NCBI GenBank assembly: GCA_046563655.1
Contig: CM102286.1
Coordinates: forward strand, 10,788,001 to 10,852,000
DNA: 64,000 bases
Source: Yuukianura sp. NJ FZ-2021
Lineage: Eukaryota
Direction: 5' to 3'
Under the pieces are notes generated by a model. That model was not told where the DNA came from and searched no databases. It saw nothing but the letters and a program-made list of their open reading frames with translations. Positions within the stretch are counted from its first letter, which is position 1. Each line of letters begins with the position of its first letter. This document shows positions 48,581-60,799 of the stretch, in pieces. The translations under genes and the position numbers were made by a program.

Positions 48581-51000
48581 TCACTCCAGGAACATGATAT
48601 CAATTAATTGAGACGCTTTTGTTGCCATCCTTTCGTCCTTGACAAGTTCCAGGAACTCCTTCTTGTTAGTACGGGCAAATGCAATTAGGTGTGAACATTC
48701 GGTTAGGAAGATGTTATTACTGTAAACAAAAAGTCAAAACACAAATTCGGATTTGTGAAATACACTTTTCTAGAATTTCTTGAGTAAAACATTACCTAAT
48801 GATGAATTCAATTGCTTGTGACTTCAAACTGTCAAGTCTGTATGTTATAGAGTGCGTGAGCACCTGCGCTGCATTTTCCACGGTTAAATTTTTTGAGAAA
48901 ATTGACTCCGCCTCACATTTCAATTTGTCCAGAATGTAATAATCGGCAATTTGAAGAAATTCTGCAGCTAGCGTTGGAGTGACCGCGGTAACATCATCCG
49001 AGTACAAGTACTGCAGCATTCCCTTCACCACTTCTGGCGAGAATTCGTCAATTATTACTGTATTTGTAGCGGCTTCTTTCATTGGAGCCTCTAACATTGC
49101 CCTGAACACTGGGCTTCGTCCTACGCATTAAAGAATATGCGCCAACATGAAAATCATGTACATACATTGATGAATGTTTGCAATATCTTTTTTATCTAGG
49201 AATTCCGGTCGGGGTAAACCTAAATTGCATTCGTTGTAATCACAGTGCAACCAGCGACGCACTGTGGTAACAATGGATGGTTAGCGCATCCATTGTTATA
49301 TAACCATGGTAGTACTAACTGGTAACATATGTAACTGTACGTTAGGGTTTCTTAAAGTCACATACAGTTGCTACATGGTGCGAGTGACCACACAGTGTAT
49401 GTGGCGTTTGGAAACAGTCCCACTCGTCACAAGATGGGGATTGCATGGAAGATATAGGTTGGATAGCTGCCTTCAAATTGCTCCATCCTTCATGAGGTTC
49501 GCAGAGTTGTCGCTGCTAGCTTAACGGTCAGAGCTGTCTCCCCAGATTGGAGAAACGCGTGGGTATCGAATCTCACCCGGTCACTTATTTTTCTACATAC
49601 TCGTTGTTTTTCAAGCCATGTGGCTGTCAAATGTCACATGTATACATAGTGTCGTTACAAATATGGTGGAGATAGGTACATTGTATGGGTACAACGGATG
49701 CAATTTGGATATACCATAACCAAATCTTCTTTCAGACTAATAAAAATCGAAATACTGACCGGCTAGTATGACTTTGTGAGCTGGGAATTTTTCTGCTCCA
49801 GAGCAAATTGTAACGTCAGAAAATGTTAGATTTTGAAACATTAAGTTGAAATCAGAAATCAACGTAGAAGGAGCATTGTTATCTTTGTAATGTATTTTGG
49901 TTCCCAATCCGCATTCCTGCTGTGGGGGTCTCACCAAGCGAACTTGAATTCTGAGGTTGCCATTGTGCAGTAACAATCCCAAATGCTCACGCAAGTCAAA
50001 TGGAAGTCTAGTTGATTGACGGGCGGGCCAAGATTCCCAATCATCTTCATCACCCACTAAATTTACAATGTGGAAAAGCAAGCGTACGCTAATATTTAAA
50101 AAAAATAGTGAATTGACATATCCATCATACTTGATTTCCATCCTTCTGGTTCAAATATTTTCCCGTGCTTATCCAGAAAGTGCACAGCCGATGTATGATC
50201 CGTATAATAATACTCTACAAAAAAAGGGGTATTTTTTAATATTTGAATGAAAACAACTTTATTATCGGCTTATGTGTTTTACCTCCAAGTTTGTCCCGAA
50301 GACGCAACTCCAACGATTGTCCCTTGCAGTTAAGGTCAAGAGAAAGATGCCTAAACATAACATAACAGAGAAACCTTAATTAGTAAGATATTACGTTGGT
50401 TTTAAAAAATGAATTCACAATTTTCACCATAGGAATCCGACGTTATCAGTGAAACATGGCGATTCAACTTTCACCTGATCTGTAAAGGCGAAGTCGTGAC
50501 AGGTCCAAACGTGCACGAAGTCGGTTTTAACAAGCTACGTGAACATAAATCAGGATTGTGTTTATAGACATCGGCATATAAGGCAGTTTCAAATAAAGCG
50601 ATTATAATCGCTTTTCAGATTAATCTGCCGAAACAGATTAATCTGAGCCCGCGCGCAGGCGCAATGCGCCACTTTTTGGATTATAATCGGCCAAAAAAGA
50701 ATCCACAAAAACCACGATTCTCTTGGATTAATCTGCTCCCTCCACCCGACCATCACCATCCACTACTGTTGTTATTTTTGAAATTTTCAATTCCCGCCCT
50801 TCCACATCAGCTGATAATCCGCCGAAAAAATCGGATACACTCAAATAAATCGATTATAATCCAAGCCGGGTTAATCCGCGGAGGAATATAATCTTTTATT
50901 TGAAACTGCCTATTGTAACTCGACCTTTGGCCTCTTGAGGATTCATTATGGCTAAAGATTTTGTAAATCATAATACCCGTGTCCAACTGGCAGTCTCCAT
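48581..51000 (-). CDS. MATH-BTB (SPOP/roadkill-like) cullin-3 adaptor, divergent; about 7 exons; start codon tentative
   Basis: MATH-like FVHVWTCHDF..ESPCF..WHLSL..HFLDKHG..LLHNGNLRIQV; BTB FSDVTICSGAEKFPAHKVILA|GRSPVFRAMLEAPMKEAATNTVIIDEFSPEVVKGMLQYLY..ADYYILDKLKCEAE; stop at 48581-48583. Confidence 0.8.
49212..49716. mobile_element. MITE-like insertion in the BTB-gene intron
   Basis: Imperfect TIR GGTAAACCTAAATTGCATTCGTTGTA / TACAACGGATGCAATTTGGATATACC. Confidence 0.6.
49509..49583 (+). other. Degenerate tRNA-like / SINE-head sequence
   Basis: A-box-like TAGCTTAACGGTCAGAGC, anticodon-like stem TCTCC/GGAGA, and T-arm-like GTGGGTATCGAATCTCAC; the acceptor stem does not pair cleanly. Confidence 0.45.
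50582..50910. mobile_element. MITE (PIF/Harbinger-like termini)
   Basis: TIR GGCAGTTTCAAATAAA / TTTATTTGAAACTGCC; internal GATTATAATC / GATTAATC palindromes; TSD imperfect (TAA/TAT). Confidence 0.7.
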
Positions 51001-51121
51001 TACTTATATTCGGCTGTTTGAAACTGAAAATTCAACCAAATCAATTATTTCCGAAACCATAAAATTAGTAACGACTGGCTGAAAACATTTTCTTCTACGT
51101 TTTTAGCAAATGCCACGTAAC

Positions 51122-52022
51122 AAATAAACCGTTGTAAACGCCGTACGTAAGTAGCGAAAGGAAGCTAGAGTGCACAACCTGGAAACTGTCGACTTCCGGT
51201 TAAACCGGAGCCGTATTAATCACGTCCAGGCTATGATAAATTGATTTGCAAAACAGATTGCAAAGCGGTTCAGTGGTGTCGGAGGTATAGTTAGTTATAG
51301 TGCAGACAGACAGAGGGGCAGACAGACAGACTCGGGGGAAAACACAAAGTAGGTCATACTTTCCCGAGTAGGACGAGGGGCGCCATTTTGCAACTTCAAT
51401 TGTCAGTATCTCTGGAACCGTAGGTCAAAAACCAGTGACCTTCACAAAAGTTGCTCACCACAATGAGATAGGTAAATAACTTTTGTAGAGGTAATTTTTT
51501 CCATTCCGTCAAAAAAGTACTTGACCTTCACCTTTGACCCGGACCTGGACAACTTCAGGTCAAGTTGGACACCGATTAGACACCCCTGGAACATGTGAAG
51601 CGCAACTGTGAAGGCAGATTGAAAATCGGCCAAGTGGTTCTGGAGTTATAGACGCGAATATCATGATCGACGCCATTAATTCAACTTCTAAAGGTTCATA
51701 TCTCCAGAACCCCAGGTCAAAGGTCAAGATCACACATAAAAAAGTTGCTCGACTCGATGAGATGAACAACTTTTGTAGGGGTCATTTTTCGATTTCCGTC
51801 AAAAATGTATTTGACCTTGACTTTTGACCCTTAAGGGGTCTACTTCCGGTAAACCGGTCACCTATTGTTCACCCCCAGACAATGTCAAGTACATCTGCGA
51901 AGACAGATTGAAAATCTGTCCAGCGGTTCCAGAGCTAGCTTGACAAGCAGACAGACAGACTGACAGACAGACAGACAGACTCGACAAAAAACATAAAGTA
52001 GCTCATACATTGACTACTTAAT
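51122..52022 (-). mobile_element. Helentron-associated HINE, reverse orientation, composite
   Basis: AATAAACCGTTGTAAAC..GTACGTAAGTAGCGAA resembles the reverse complement of the 3' end at 18656-18693; (CAGA)n microsatellites at about 51303 and 51948; shared AAAAGTTG..CATCGAG..CAACTTTTGT core. Confidence 0.7.
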
Positions 52023-53409
52023 AATCGTAAGAGTCTGACATTAACCAAGCTAACTAGAAGCATCGAAGTCGAATTTAGCCACATATTAAAACGCATATGC
52101 TCATCAACTTTTTAGTTGCAAAACCTGAAGGCTTTTTCACATGCTAACATATAAAAGGGTAAATTTTAACTTACCTTAAGAAATTTCGCTAATTAAACTG
52201 CTCAAATGAAAACACGAACTTTTGATATAAAACGCTGACCTAGAATTAAACCAAACGTCTGAAAATTCTGATATTAAAATTGAAATTTAATTAAAAAAGT
52301 GGACCAAATACTAAAGGTACTCCACACATGTCGTTCTGAAAATGAAACTAAAAGTAATATTGTTATCTCAGCGAGTTGTGCATAACATAAGTACTGATAA
52401 AATTTACCAAACGAGATTAGAAATCATGGCCAATGTGTAAAATTAACCTAGTGGGCAACAAACGTTTTAGGACAATATTTGATCAAAGTGACACGGCAAC
52501 TTTATTTGGTGAAATATGAAGCATGAAGACTGGAGTCCGTTTTCTGAACAACAAAATGCACACAACAAAATATTTTGTCCTTCCCAAGGGCGTTAGACAA
52601 ACCCCGTAAGAAGGTAAAGTCGGTGCGTTTTGGCTGAAATTTTTACCAGTTGTTTGGATTGGCATGAAGATTATTTGGCCAAATTTTCAGGTTCGTATAA
52701 GAACTGCGTCACGAGAAATATGTGGTCAAAGGTTATCAAGCGACCCTATGATGACTCCCTGCAAGTAGGTTATCGCTTGACCGGATAATAAATTTGCAAC
52801 TGACTAACTGCAGTTGCATGAAGTTACGGTAAAGTGAAGTGTTGTATCAATGACTCATTTGTTCCTTATAGTAATTTCAGAAAAGCGTGTGGTAGGTTGG
52901 CAATGGCAAGAACAGAACAGGACAAAGTATAAAGTCGCCATTTATTTTAGCATGTATAGTAGCATATCCGAGATCAAACAGAGGAACAATGGGAGGGTAG
53001 CTGCTCATTTTGTATAAGTGTGACATTCCACTAAGATTAGATTTGCTGTATTAACCAAACTTTGACCTTTGGATATTTTGCGGACTTAACGAAATCAGCA
53101 CCCAGTCTTTCATGAATCCTTTTGAAATCACTTCTGAAATGAATTCGTTTCATTTGAACCACTAGACTGGCAGTTCACTGAAACAACTGTTCAGAAAACG
53201 GAATTTTAATATGCATTATTCGGTTATCGTGGTTACTAAATTTAACGATTACTGTTTATTAGACGAATACCACACGTGCTTAATGTGTATAAAATAAGTT
53301 AAATAGAAGAGAGTATAGGAAGGTGATATTATTTACTTTTTACTTTTGAAAAATTGATTTGCTTAGCGTAAATTTTTTTTCTTGGCCCTACCATTGTTAA
53401 ATTCTTTTG

Positions 53410-54330
53410 AGTTGAATTTCGCATGAACGCCCCAATGAAACCCACCAAAACGTGATCCCACCATTCGTGGCAACATTTTGGTGTAAGCCCCAGGCGGCAG
53501 AAGCTCTTGGGAAAAAAATTTCCAGAGTTGGATTTGAAATGTCGGGAAAAGCGGAAAATTCGTGTTTCTCAACTTCAACTGCTTCGGTTTTTGAATTTCA
53601 CATGAACGCCAATGTGAAACCCACCAAAACGTGGTCGCACCATTCGTGGCAACATTTTGGTGTAAGCCCGAGGCGGCAGAAGCTCTTGGGAAAAAAATTT
53701 CCAAAGTTGGATTTGAAATGTCGGGAAAAGCGGAAAATTCGTGTTTCTCAACTTCAACTGCTTCGGTTTTCGAATTTCACATGAACGCCAATGTGAAACC
53801 CACCAAAACGTGGTCGCACCATTCGTGGCAACATTTTGGTGTAAGCCCGAGGCGGCAGAAGCTCTTGGGAAAAAAATTTCCAGAGTTGGATTTGAAATGT
53901 CGGGAAAAGCGGAAAATTCGTGTTTCTCAACTTCAACTGCTTCGGTTTTTGAACTTCACATGAACGCCCCAATGAAACCCACCAAAACGTGATCCCACCA
54001 TTCGTGGCAACATTTTGGTGTAAGCCCGGGGCGGCAGAAGCTCTTGGGAAAAAAAATTTCCAGAGTTGATTTGAAATGTCGGGAAAAGCGGAAAATTCGT
54101 GCTTCTTAACTTCAACTGCTTCGGTTTTTGAATTTCACATGAACGCCCCAATGAAGAGGCAGCAGTACCTCTTGGAAAAAAAAAATTGGGAGTTGTTTGA
54201 AATTCTTAAAAAAGTGAAAAATTAAAAAAAAAATGCGGTTAGTTGAAATTCTTACAAAAGTGGAAAATTCGTGTTTTACAACTTCAAAGTGCTTCAATTT
54301 GTGAATTTCACATGAACGCCCCAATTAAAC
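53410..54330. repeat. 179-bp tandem repeat, about 4 full copies plus a degenerate one
   Basis: CATGAACGCC..TGAAACCCACCAAAACGTG recurs at about 53421, 53600, 53779 and 53958. Confidence 0.93.
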
Positions 54331-57125
54331 CAACCCAAGGTGTTAAAATATTACAGGATTATCGACTTGGATTAATCCGTAGAATCGCTTCAGTTTTCAA
54401 CTTTTCTTAGGCGGACATCCGAGCAGCTTCGATTTCAAGTCGCGTTGGCAGCCATCTGCAGAAAAGTGGTCAGAGAGAGCACACGAAACACTTGTTGGGG
54501 TATATCTTATCCTTTCGACGACATTGTTAAGTTATCCAGTGCTTACAAATCAACTTCCGCTTTGTTGGAAATCGATGGTACTTTGTGTATTCTGTATCAC
54601 TGTAACAATCTGCAACGGCACAGGAATTATCTCTTACAACTAAGTTCCTTGATTACTGCTATTGATTAATCTCAGTATCATCAACTTAATTATATTGATA
54701 TGAATCATGAGGATTTGGGCTTACACGTCTGAATTCAGATTTTTGGGATTTTGATGTTTTTTTCGACCTGTCACGTCACAAAGGACAGCTCAAACATCAA
54801 CAACGGTTGCTACATGGGAACGCTGTAGGCTGGCCATTGCCATTGCCAGATTATGAAGCCATGGTTATTATTCTTATTTATGCGTACGGACACGTGTTTT
54901 TAGAAGCGCGCTACATTTGAAATTTTTGAAATTAAACAGAAATTTCAGTGTTTTCAGTAGAAGACCAGAAGCCCACCGACGGTGCTTCCAGATCCCCTCC
55001 AGTTGGAATCGTGTTGAGAGAAAACTGCTTGAATAAGACTTAAAAAATGAAGAACACAGAAAACTATTGATTTGAATTTAATAAAAGATGTCTTACTAAG
55101 AGTATCTATACAATATAATGGTACGTAAATTGTGAAACGAAAATAATTCCCGCTCTTTTACAAGTGTTTAAAAATGACGCTAGTTGTTTCCTTGTTTCCG
55201 TTTCTGGTTTTCTACTTTTGGTTAATGTCAGAACGATTCAGTCAGTTGAAGACGTTAGCAACAAGCCGTCAAGAAACTTTGGAGATGAATTTTAAATCTT
55301 GCCGCCGCTTCGAATACTTTTATATACCACGGAAACTTTCAAAAGATGACGCATGACGGATTGGCTTTTGAGTAGATGTTTCTCTCAGCCGTGAAATATC
55401 TGACTTAAAGTATGGGAAAACCAGTGCTTTTAAGATCTTACAAGTTAAGGCAAAGATAATCAGCGTGTCATGTCAAAAGTTGAAGAGAAAAATTTTATTT
55501 ACTGTAAAATCTAATTCCGAGTTTTAGTCAAGCTCATGGGAGCTGCGTGTTTTCTTCCGCTTGCAAATCGCTTTAAAGTTCAAAATTTTCGGCACACGTG
55601 CCAGCGCCAAGGTTCAAATCTTTTTCTTCTGAGACAGTCCATTTATTTACGCACCAGAACTGGGCCTCCTGCCATGTTCGCATCACCAGGACGTAATTTC
55701 CGTTGCGTTTTCACACCTTTTCTCAAGTACTGAAGGAAAAGTGATGCATTTCAGTCTAAGTCTCCCGCATCATGCTCTCCACCATCGTAAACAAATCACA
55801 CTCCAAAATCCCTAAACAAACAGTCGAATCACAGAAATAATAAAGTCAAGGTTTCTGTGGCCGTTGGAAAGTGTTGACATGAAAAGGAGCTTCACAGGGC
55901 GCCAATTCTGAACAAACATTTGAACAATGAAGTTTGAACATCCAGGTACTAAAAAAAATGGCTAAGGAACAAATTCAGACGAATCAAAGCCCTCGGACAT
56001 CCTGCTAGAGATGAAGTTTGAATATGAATTTCTTTGCTTGGACTTTCTATTGTGTTCAGAACTTGAAGGCTGTGTTACTCTTCCTCCCTTCGGCCAATCA
56101 CCGCTGGTTATTTCATGACAGTTCGATTGTTTGCTTGACCTCTGAGGTCATTTGCATTGTTTCTAAAAATAATTATGTAAATTGAGCCTAGGTTAAAAAT
56201 AGATTTTGCAAAAAGAAATGTCTTTTAATGGTTATGTTCAAGAAAAATTTTCATTTGTCAACAAAGTAGGAATTTTACGAATTATGATTAATGTCACTTC
56301 AAGTTTCACTTGACTTCAAATTTGTCTCGGAACGCATTTGACAAAATGTTGACAGATGCAAAATTTGAAAATGCAAGTCGAAGGCTTTCTTTTTATTCGA
56401 AAGGAGATGGCACAAAACCCTATCTAAATCTTCGCCGGTGCGATTCGAATGAAATTTTAACCAGTTGTTAGGGTCAATAGTGGGATCATTTTTGCAAATT
56501 TTCAGCCCCCTAGAAACAACGGGTCGCGGGTAATGGGGGGTCAAAGGTCACGATGTCATCCTATGATGACCCCATGCAAGTAGCATATCGTTGGAAAGGG
56601 CATGACGTCCTGATTCAGAAAATGTATATATGTTGGTATTTACGACTAAAGACAACAAAGTTACAGGGCCCAAAAGTCGAAAACACAAGTCACCATCGCA
56701 CATACCCATAAATCCACTTGATAAAAACAGCCGATACTAATAGTTAGCAAAATCAGTCTGAAAATCGAAATAAAGTAAATGCTAGTAGGGTTTAGCCGGC
56801 CAAGCCGTTGCCCAGGTCACGCCACGTGGAGGCACCCTACATGTGACCCGACACTTATGCTTTCTGGCTAATGAGACCATACTCACATAAGCCGCTAAGT
56901 TTAACGTCTTCAGCCAGACGAATGAGTTTAGCGTCATCATTAGGACGTGGCGCACACACCCCCACCCATTGTGCGCCTCCCCGGCCACCAAGTTGGTCAC
57001 TAGCAAGTTTAGTAACCAACTTGTGAGGGCCCTCCGTCGTTTTGTTGTATTTTGGTACAACTCAACGACTGCCGGGGTTACTGCACGGTTTGATGACCCA
57101 GGTCCCACTCTGGGATTCCACCTTT

Positions 57126-57343
57126 CCCTCGGCACATTTGTTTTCGGGGCCGCCGGTAGCCCCGCCATGAGCTCACATGGTTAGGGAGTGATGGTCAACT
57201 CCCCTCGGCACATTTGTTTTCGGGGCCGCCGGTAGCCCCGCCATGAGCTCACATGGTTAGGGAGTGATGGTCAACTCCCCTCGGCACATTTGTTTTCGGG
57301 GCTGCCGGTAGCCCCGCCATGAACTCACATGGTTAGGGAGTGA
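57126..57343. repeat. 76-bp GC-rich tandem repeat (about 3 copies) directly 3' of the transposase stop
   Basis: CCCTCGGCACATTTGTTTTCGGGGCCGCCGGTAGCCCCGCCATGAGCTCACATGGTTAGGGAGTGAT at about 57126, 57202 and 57278. Confidence 0.95.
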
Positions 57344-57344
57344 T

Positions 57345-59405
57345 TCAGTCGATGATAACAGGGAGAGTACGTTGGCCAGCGTCTTGAACAAGATGAAGTA
57401 GCCTGTCTGATGGGTATGTCACAGCTGTATCATGCCTTGCATAGCCAAGATACCAGAGAACGCTTGCAATATGAGCGCAGCAACCAAGTGTTCGCGCACC
57501 CGACTTGCACTGACAATACCAACCAAGGATGGGATCTGTTTGAATTTCTTCCATTTCTTCCTCGGTGTCTCTGCCAGTGGGCTCTTTGTAAGTAATGAAT
57601 ATTTGGTATTTTGTAGAATTTGAAAATCTTGAATAGATCCTTGCATGTAGTAACCCATCCTCATGAACCGAAACTTGAAATTCATAATCCCCTTCTCTAC
57701 GGATTTTGTCCTGCACATACGATCTCGCAAGTTTAAGTTGGTATACTCCCATAGTTAAATCCTTTAGATAGTCAATTGAAAGTTTGGGGAAAATTGGAAG
57801 GTTTGCTGTAGTCATCGGCACCCAATCCCTTCTAATCCGAAGCATATTATCTGCCTCAACTTTTATTTGGAGTTCATTTGGCATTGTGGCTCTGTCCATC
57901 ATTTCTCTCGCGTACTGGTCAGGTAAGTTCATATTTACAATCGGAAAATACTTATTTAGTAAGGCACAGGCAATGCGAAAATAGTCACCGATGTTAGGTA
58001 AGTGATGAACAGGAATTAAATCTTTCAGAAACTTGTACTTTAACTTTACGTGGGCATTACGGGCTTCAACAATCCACCTCATCTTGGTCACTAGGCGGGA
58101 AGCGTTGCTTTCCTCATAGGAATGCTGGCGAACTCCTTGTGGAAGATAGTTTGGCATTTTGTGGTTTATGCCTAAGGATTCCAGGAATGGAAGACTGTCT
58201 CTGTAGCCTCTATCGACTAAAAGAATGTCGTGGGCTTGAAGCCAATTACGTAGTCCGTTGGCGTCTTGCTTTTTAAGCTCATTGAGTAAAAGCGAAGCAT
58301 CATTGTTTTGAGAATCTGAGAAGTAGGGTCCATGAACGTCCAGTATGTAGCCATCTGGCGCTGTAACCATCACAGGTTTAAGTAGATGGCGGCCCTTATG
58401 CAAACAATAAGATTGTCGCAGTACTTTGAAGTTGGAAACTTTTGGGACGTACACGTACGTACCATCTACTATAGCAATTGCCGCTTGTTCAGTGCGGAGC
58501 TCCCCATTCTCATCTCTATTGTACAGCTCATTTGCGAAGGAAGTCACGTGCTCCTGAATATACCTCTCTCTGGTAATTGCAGATAGACCTAGATTCATTG
58601 GTACAAAGTCACGCATTAAAATCTTTCTTGCTGTTTCAACTGCACGTGATACAGCTTGACGGGAGCTGTATTGAAACATTGTTCTCAAAAATTCATCCGT
58701 TAGTCCTTGTCTCAGCTTTGTTAAAAACAAGATTAAGTCGGATTTTTTTAAGTATCTGCCATCGACGGGTTCTGATATATGAAGATTGGTCCACAAATCA
58801 CGAAAAGCTTCAGCGGTGAGAGAAGTCATGCACACCAAGTCTTCATCACTCAACGAATTTTCATCTTCAAATCTTTTCTTCCCATATGAATGAACTTCTC
58901 TTTTTAAAACATGCATCCAGCTTACAATTTCATCGCTAGTAAATTCGACTGGACGTGAAACGCCAACAAGACCGTTCAGCAGAGTTGACAGAAGTTGTGT
59001 CCTGTCGTCATTAAAATGATCATAGCACGATCTTGTTTGCTTAGGTATAAAAATTCCAGTTTCAACAAAAATGTGTATCTTGACAGGTTCTGGAATTTCA
59101 TGGACATCCTCACCCCGGCCACAAAATATGCATAACCTTCGCTGGTTTGACACACTGCATCTGAGCGTGATCTCTATTTTTTGGTTACGCTTGTTATGTT
59201 GTGCCCACACCCTTTGACTGCAATTAATGCATAATCTGTCACCGTCATCGACCTCTTTTTGCGGACTTTGTAATTCAACTCTCAGGCGTTGAGCAATACC
59301 ATGAACAGGTTCTTTTTCAGGTGTATTAAGTTTGGACATTACGGAGGCTGGATAGGCTTTACCACATACAAAACAATTAGTTTTTCCCGCTCGATCTCTA
59401 GGCAT
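57345..59405 (-). CDS. Transposase, 686 aa: N-terminal Cys/His zinc motifs, HTH, Harbinger/ISL2EU-type DDE, C-terminal SWIM-like finger
   Basis: Uninterrupted ORF; IVDGTY, APDGYI, NDA, VDRGY and RWIVE catalytic motifs; CQCKSGARTLGCCAH SWIM-like motif. Confidence 0.9.
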   Translation of the reverse strand: MPRDRAGKTNCFVCGKAYPASVMSKLNTPEKEPVHGIAQRLRVELQSPQKEVDDGDRLCINCSQRVWAQHNKRNQKIEITLRCSVSNQRRLCIFCGRGEDVHEIPEPVKIHIFVETGIFIPKQTRSCYDHFNDDRTQLLSTLLNGLVGVSRPVEFTSDEIVSWMHVLKREVHSYGKKRFEDENSLSDEDLVCMTSLTAEAFRDLWTNLHISEPVDGRYLKKSDLILFLTKLRQGLTDEFLRTMFQYSSRQAVSRAVETARKILMRDFVPMNLGLSAITRERYIQEHVTSFANELYNRDENGELRTEQAAIAIVDGTYVYVPKVSNFKVLRQSYCLHKGRHLLKPVMVTAPDGYILDVHGPYFSDSQNNDASLLLNELKKQDANGLRNWLQAHDILLVDRGYRDSLPFLESLGINHKMPNYLPQGVRQHSYEESNASRLVTKMRWIVEARNAHVKLKYKFLKDLIPVHHLPNIGDYFRIACALLNKYFPIVNMNLPDQYAREMMDRATMPNELQIKVEADNMLRIRRDWVPMTTANLPIFPKLSIDYLKDLTMGVYQLKLARSYVQDKIRREGDYEFQVSVHEDGLLHARIYSRFSNSTKYQIFITYKEPTGRDTEEEMEEIQTDPILGWYCQCKSGARTLGCCAHIASVLWYLGYARHDTAVTYPSDRLLHLVQDAGQRTLPVIID

Positions 59406-60675
59406 TGTTCTTCAGAATGTGTTGAGGGTAACCCTAACTAGAGCACAACACGGACTCCCTCTCTAATGTATGAGTTCGTCCGCTTCCAGTCTAACCTGGC
59501 GCCGTGCCCTTGAACCCTATCGGTCTAGCTAGGGACCCCCATTCGCTGACTACTCGCGATTGTAAAGCATTGCTTTAAAATGAACCTTAAAACGGGCTAC
59601 GCCCTCACCTCCCCCGCAGTAACTATGATCATCGCACCGGGGTTTTCGCCGTGGGAGGTGGGTTCCTTCCCGGTGCTCACATAGTTACCTTCGCGGCAAT
59701 GACGGCAACAGACGTGTTGGTTAAGTCTTTGAACCCCAAAATATTCTATATTAACTTTAGGAATAAATCGGACGCTTCTGTGACTTGTGTTTTCGACTTT
59801 TGGGCCCTGTAACTTTGTTGTCTTTAGTCGTAAATACCAACATATATACATTTTCTGAATCAGGACGTCATGCCCTTTCCAACGATATGCTACTTGCATG
59901 GGGTCGTCATAGGATGACATGGTGACCTTTGACCCCCCGTAACCCGCAACCCCTTGTTTCTAGGGGACTGAAAATTTGCAGAAATGATCCCACTATTGAC
60001 CCTAACAACTGGTTAAAATTTCATTCGAATCGCACCGGCGAAGATTTAGATAGGGTTTTGTGCCATCTCCTTTTGTGCTTACCGTTGCTCCCTATTCCGT
60101 AATATCCGACGACTTATACAGATTAAAGGATTTAAATTATAATAATTTTCTTTGGAGTTTTTGGGTGCTGACATTTCCACTTTGCTTGGAGAATCTTTTT
60201 GTTCCAAAGTTGAGATTTGTCCTTGCAATTTAAATTATCAAAGAAGGCAGGATTTGTCTTTTGCCAAAGACAAATTGTTGTTTTGGTTTTGTGGATTTTG
60301 AGATCTCGCCTTAGGTTGTAGGTTGCTGAAAAGAAGTTGAAAGTTTTTGGTTTGTGGTAATGGGTCTTTGCTTCCAAATAACAGTTTCCTCCAATTCTAC
60401 TTCTTTGTTCAACGAGTGGCAAATTCATGGTTTTTGCACAAGTAACGAAAAAGAAAGGGAAGAGCCTCCTAGTCTGATCTTCTTAAATTGAGAAAGTTTT
60501 GTTGAGCGTCTCAATCTCACTTTCTCCTTTGTTACTAAAACTTTGTAAATAGATCCACAGCCGAAAATTTTGGAAGACAAAGATTATATAATCATTTATT
60601 ATTTTATTTATATTATTAAATTTAAGTAATTTTTGTAACAAGGCAACAGAAGGAATACAACTATTCACCTTCCTA

Positions 60676-60799
60676 CCGTACACTCATTTGCTAACTTTAA
60701 AATTGGGTCCGACTATTCTCCTGACCCTTTTTTTTTATTGAATTAGACGAGAAAAATAGCGGGGGTGCGTTTGTTTAAGTTTAGCAAATGAGTGTACGG
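60676..60799. mobile_element. 124-bp pogo-type MITE
   Basis: TIR CCGTACACTCATTTGCTAA / TTAGCAAATGAGTGTACGG with TA TSD. Confidence 0.8.

Larger units (their letters stand above)
56403..60070 (-). mobile_element. Full-length PHIS-superfamily (ISL2EU/Spy-related) DNA transposon, 3668 bp
   Basis: Near-identical 291-bp TIRs (56403-56693 and 59780-60070) starting GGAGATGGCACAAAACCC; one intact transposase; flanks AAA and TTT with no duplication. Confidence 0.9.

Noticed and set aside
53363..54324. Repeated ORFs of 60-113 aa
   Set aside because: Products of the 179-bp tandem repeat.
56782..57168. 128-aa ORF as a second transposon gene (YqaJ, Myb/SANT or Fanzor)
   Set aside because: It starts inside the 76-bp repeat and shows no exonuclease, Myb or RuvC motifs.
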